A program made the translations under genes and the position numbers. 64,000 nucleotides of DNA from Vitrella brassicaformis CCMP3155 (Eukaryota > Protista > Chromerida): NCBI GenBank assembly GCA_001179505.1, contig CDMY01000047.1, positions 124,001 to 188,000 on the forward strand, given 5' to 3'. The notes below the pieces were generated by a model that made no database searches, was not told the DNA's origin, and saw only the letters and a list, made by a program, of their open reading frames with translations. Position 1 is the first letter of the stretch. Each line of letters starts with the position of its first letter. Of this stretch, positions 61,846 through 64,000 are shown in pieces.

Positions 61846-62178
61846 CTTCGGTGGAGCGATAGTGGTAGTGCAAAGAGGAGGAGAGAGGGAGTTGAGTGAC
61901 GGAGGGCTGCGCTGCTTCGAGATAAGTCCGCGAGATGAAACGAAGGCAAGACGCGGTGGTAGACGAGACAGGCTGCCGGCCCGAAATCATGTTTGTTCTC
62001 CCTGCCGCTCTCCTGTGCGAAATCTCTCTGCGTTTCGGTGACAGGAACCCTAAGCCACGCACCGCGTCAGATGGATGTCTCCGGCTGGAAACACCTTAAT
62101 GCCCTATGGATACTAGTGTGTTGGGTCGTGGGGGAGCCTTGACTATCTCCCTAGGAGGGCTTCCTGTGAGACAATCCG

Positions 62179-62201
62179 AAACCCTAACCCTAAACCCTAA
62201 A
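62179..62201. promoter_or_regulatory. Short interstitial telomere-type repeat (telo-box-like) in a divergent promoter
   Basis: aaaccctaaccctaaaccctaaa at 62179-62201, plus aaccctaa at 62046-62053. The sequence is seen directly; a regulatory role is inference. Confidence 0.45.
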
Positions 62202-62319
62202 GGTTTCGACGAGCTTCTAGCGAGAGAATCTTCCACTTGCCTTTTTCCTCCTCTCTCCCTCCCCGGCCTTAACCGGAGCAGCGATCTGCCTGAGATCTGT
62301 GGTTTCGTGCTCTCTCGCC

Positions 62320-63473
62320 ATGAGAGTACTGCGAGCGACAACGTTTCCGTCTCTGCTGCTGGCGTGCTGTGCCTTCGGCCCTCGGTGTGTCAGCGGACAG
62401 AGGTGGGAGCCAGGACAGACGGCTCTCAAGTTCCGGAGTCAGTTTGGCAGCTCACAATTTGTGTTCGGTACGAAAGGCAATTAGGCAACAATAACGCATC
62501 TTGTCCTCGTCCTCACCAAGAGTGTCTTATGTGTATGTTGACAGACTTGGCTCGAATGAGTCCTGTCGACGCGGGCAAGGGCGGCGAACTGCGGAAAGCT
62601 GATGTGGGGTCAATGCCGTCCCTCGCCGGCAACGGCGTCTCGCAGGTCCTCTACAGGCTGTATCCCTGTGGCATGAACAGGTCAGAAACACACACACATA
62701 GACAGACGCACTCAATGAATGCTCGAGGCACACTGACTGACACGTATGGTTCTCTCTCTGTGTGTCATCCATCAGTGTGCAGATGCATCCCCGCGCCAGT
62801 GAGCTGTTCTACGTGATCAACGCGACGGAGCTGGTCGTCGGCTTTGTGGAGGAAAACGGTGGCCGCACCGTCGAGAACACCCTCAAGACGGGCCAGCTGT
62901 CCTTCGTGCCAAAAGGCCTCATGCACTGGCACTACAACGCCGGTAGGAGCGGCGCACCGGACCGACAGCCAAGCTAGATAGAATTCCTTTATGTGTTGGT
63001 TAATCGACCTTCTTCTGTGATCACTGTAGGATGCGAGGACGCTGTCTTTTTGTCGACATTTAATCACGAGGACCCCGGTGTGGTGACGATTGTCAACGCC
63101 TTGTTCGACATCAACGCGACGTCCCTGCAGGCGGCACTCAACGTCGACCGCGCGCTGGTCGCCGACCTCAAAACGAGTGTACCCCCGTCACCCGTCCCAG
63201 GCATCGCAGAGTGCCTCAGGAGATGCGGGCTGGAAGGTAGGCATTCCATTCAGCATTCAGCAGTCACTCTCACTCTCACCGTCCGCCGTGCAAGTGTGTG
63301 TGTCTGTGTGTGTGTGTCATATAGCTGTGGATCCGTGTGAGCTCAAGCGGTGCGGCAACCATGAGCGTTGCAGGGTCAACGACGAGGGCAAGGCGGTGTG
63401 CGAGTGCAGGGACCAATACGCGAGGGACGAAAACGGCGACTGCAGACACGTCGGGGGCTGGGGCGAGGGGTAG
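62320..63473 (+). CDS. Secreted spherulin/germin-like cupin with a C-terminal EGF-like domain
   Basis: Signal peptide, SQFVFDL, PCGMNSVQMHPRASE (germin box 1), FVPKGLMHWHYNAGCEDAVFLSTFNHEDPG (box 2), GIAECLRRCGL, then DPCELKRCGNHERCRVNDEGKAVCECRDQYARDENGDC (6-Cys EGF spacing). Confidence 0.88.
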
Positions 63474-64000
63474 ATATGATATGTATCGAGATACACACAC
63501 ACTATCCATCCATCCATCCAGCCATCCATCCATTGTGCAGTGCATCCTCTCACTGACTCAGTCACTCCTTCATCGTCGGCTGCCTATGTATAGGTGTCAC
63601 GTAGAGGGGTGTTAGGTAGGCTAGGGGGAGACAGACAGAGGGCGGCGGGACGGGACGGTACGGGAAAGGACAGCTGGACGCTTCTTTTTTACGTGTGTGC
63701 TGTATTGTGACATGGTCATGGGCCGTCCACCCAGCTCAGCCGCCTTCATACATACGTCCATCCATCCATCCATGGCCCTTCGTCTCTTATTTGTAGTGAG
63801 TGAATCGGTGTGTATCCTTTATCTATCGCTGTGTGTGTGTGTGTGTGTGTGTGAGTCACTGACACAACGAACGCGGGCAGGCAGGCAGGAAACCACGCCA
63901 CGCCCTCTGGCCTGGCCGCCTGGGTGGCGGCCGGCCGCGTGTGGACTGCCTGCCTGCCTGCCTGATTGTTTGCCGTTTACTGTTGGCCATCCATCCATCT

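Overview
A 64-kb window of GC-rich, intron-dense eukaryotic nuclear DNA with four 300-N scaffold gaps. The combination of ApiAP2-type domains, a violaxanthin de-epoxidase-like gene with a bipartite plastid-targeting leader, flagellar genes and microsatellite-filled short introns points to a photosynthetic alveolate (chromerid, most like Vitrella brassicaformis); this is inference. By manual splicing I recover about 19 protein-coding genes: a tandem-BRCT protein, a small membrane protein, a CAT-type amino-acid permease, a tandem ubiquitin-like protein, a small secreted protein, an EF-hand protein, a VDL, a USP10-like deubiquitinase, a hypothetical protein, RAD51, a second small membrane protein, a FAM183/CFAP144-like protein, PC4/SUB1, a TPR-cNMP protein, a large coiled-coil protein, a two-module polycystin-2-like channel, a SET-like/multi-AP2 protein, a secreted Cys-rich peptide precursor and a spherulin/germin-EGF fusion. 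No rRNA, tRNA, CRISPR array or intact transposon was recognised. Highlights: (1) a prepro-peptide whose 14-Cys C-terminal peptide lies in an exon missed by the ORF track, paired head-to-head with a spherulin-EGF gene; (2) a degenerate SET domain fused to about five AP2-like repeats; (3) introns polarised as 5' AC-rich and 3' GT-rich, able to fold back; (4) strand alternation at every gene junction; (5) two long intergenic hairpins. All exon boundaries were read by eye and none were tested against RNA or databases.
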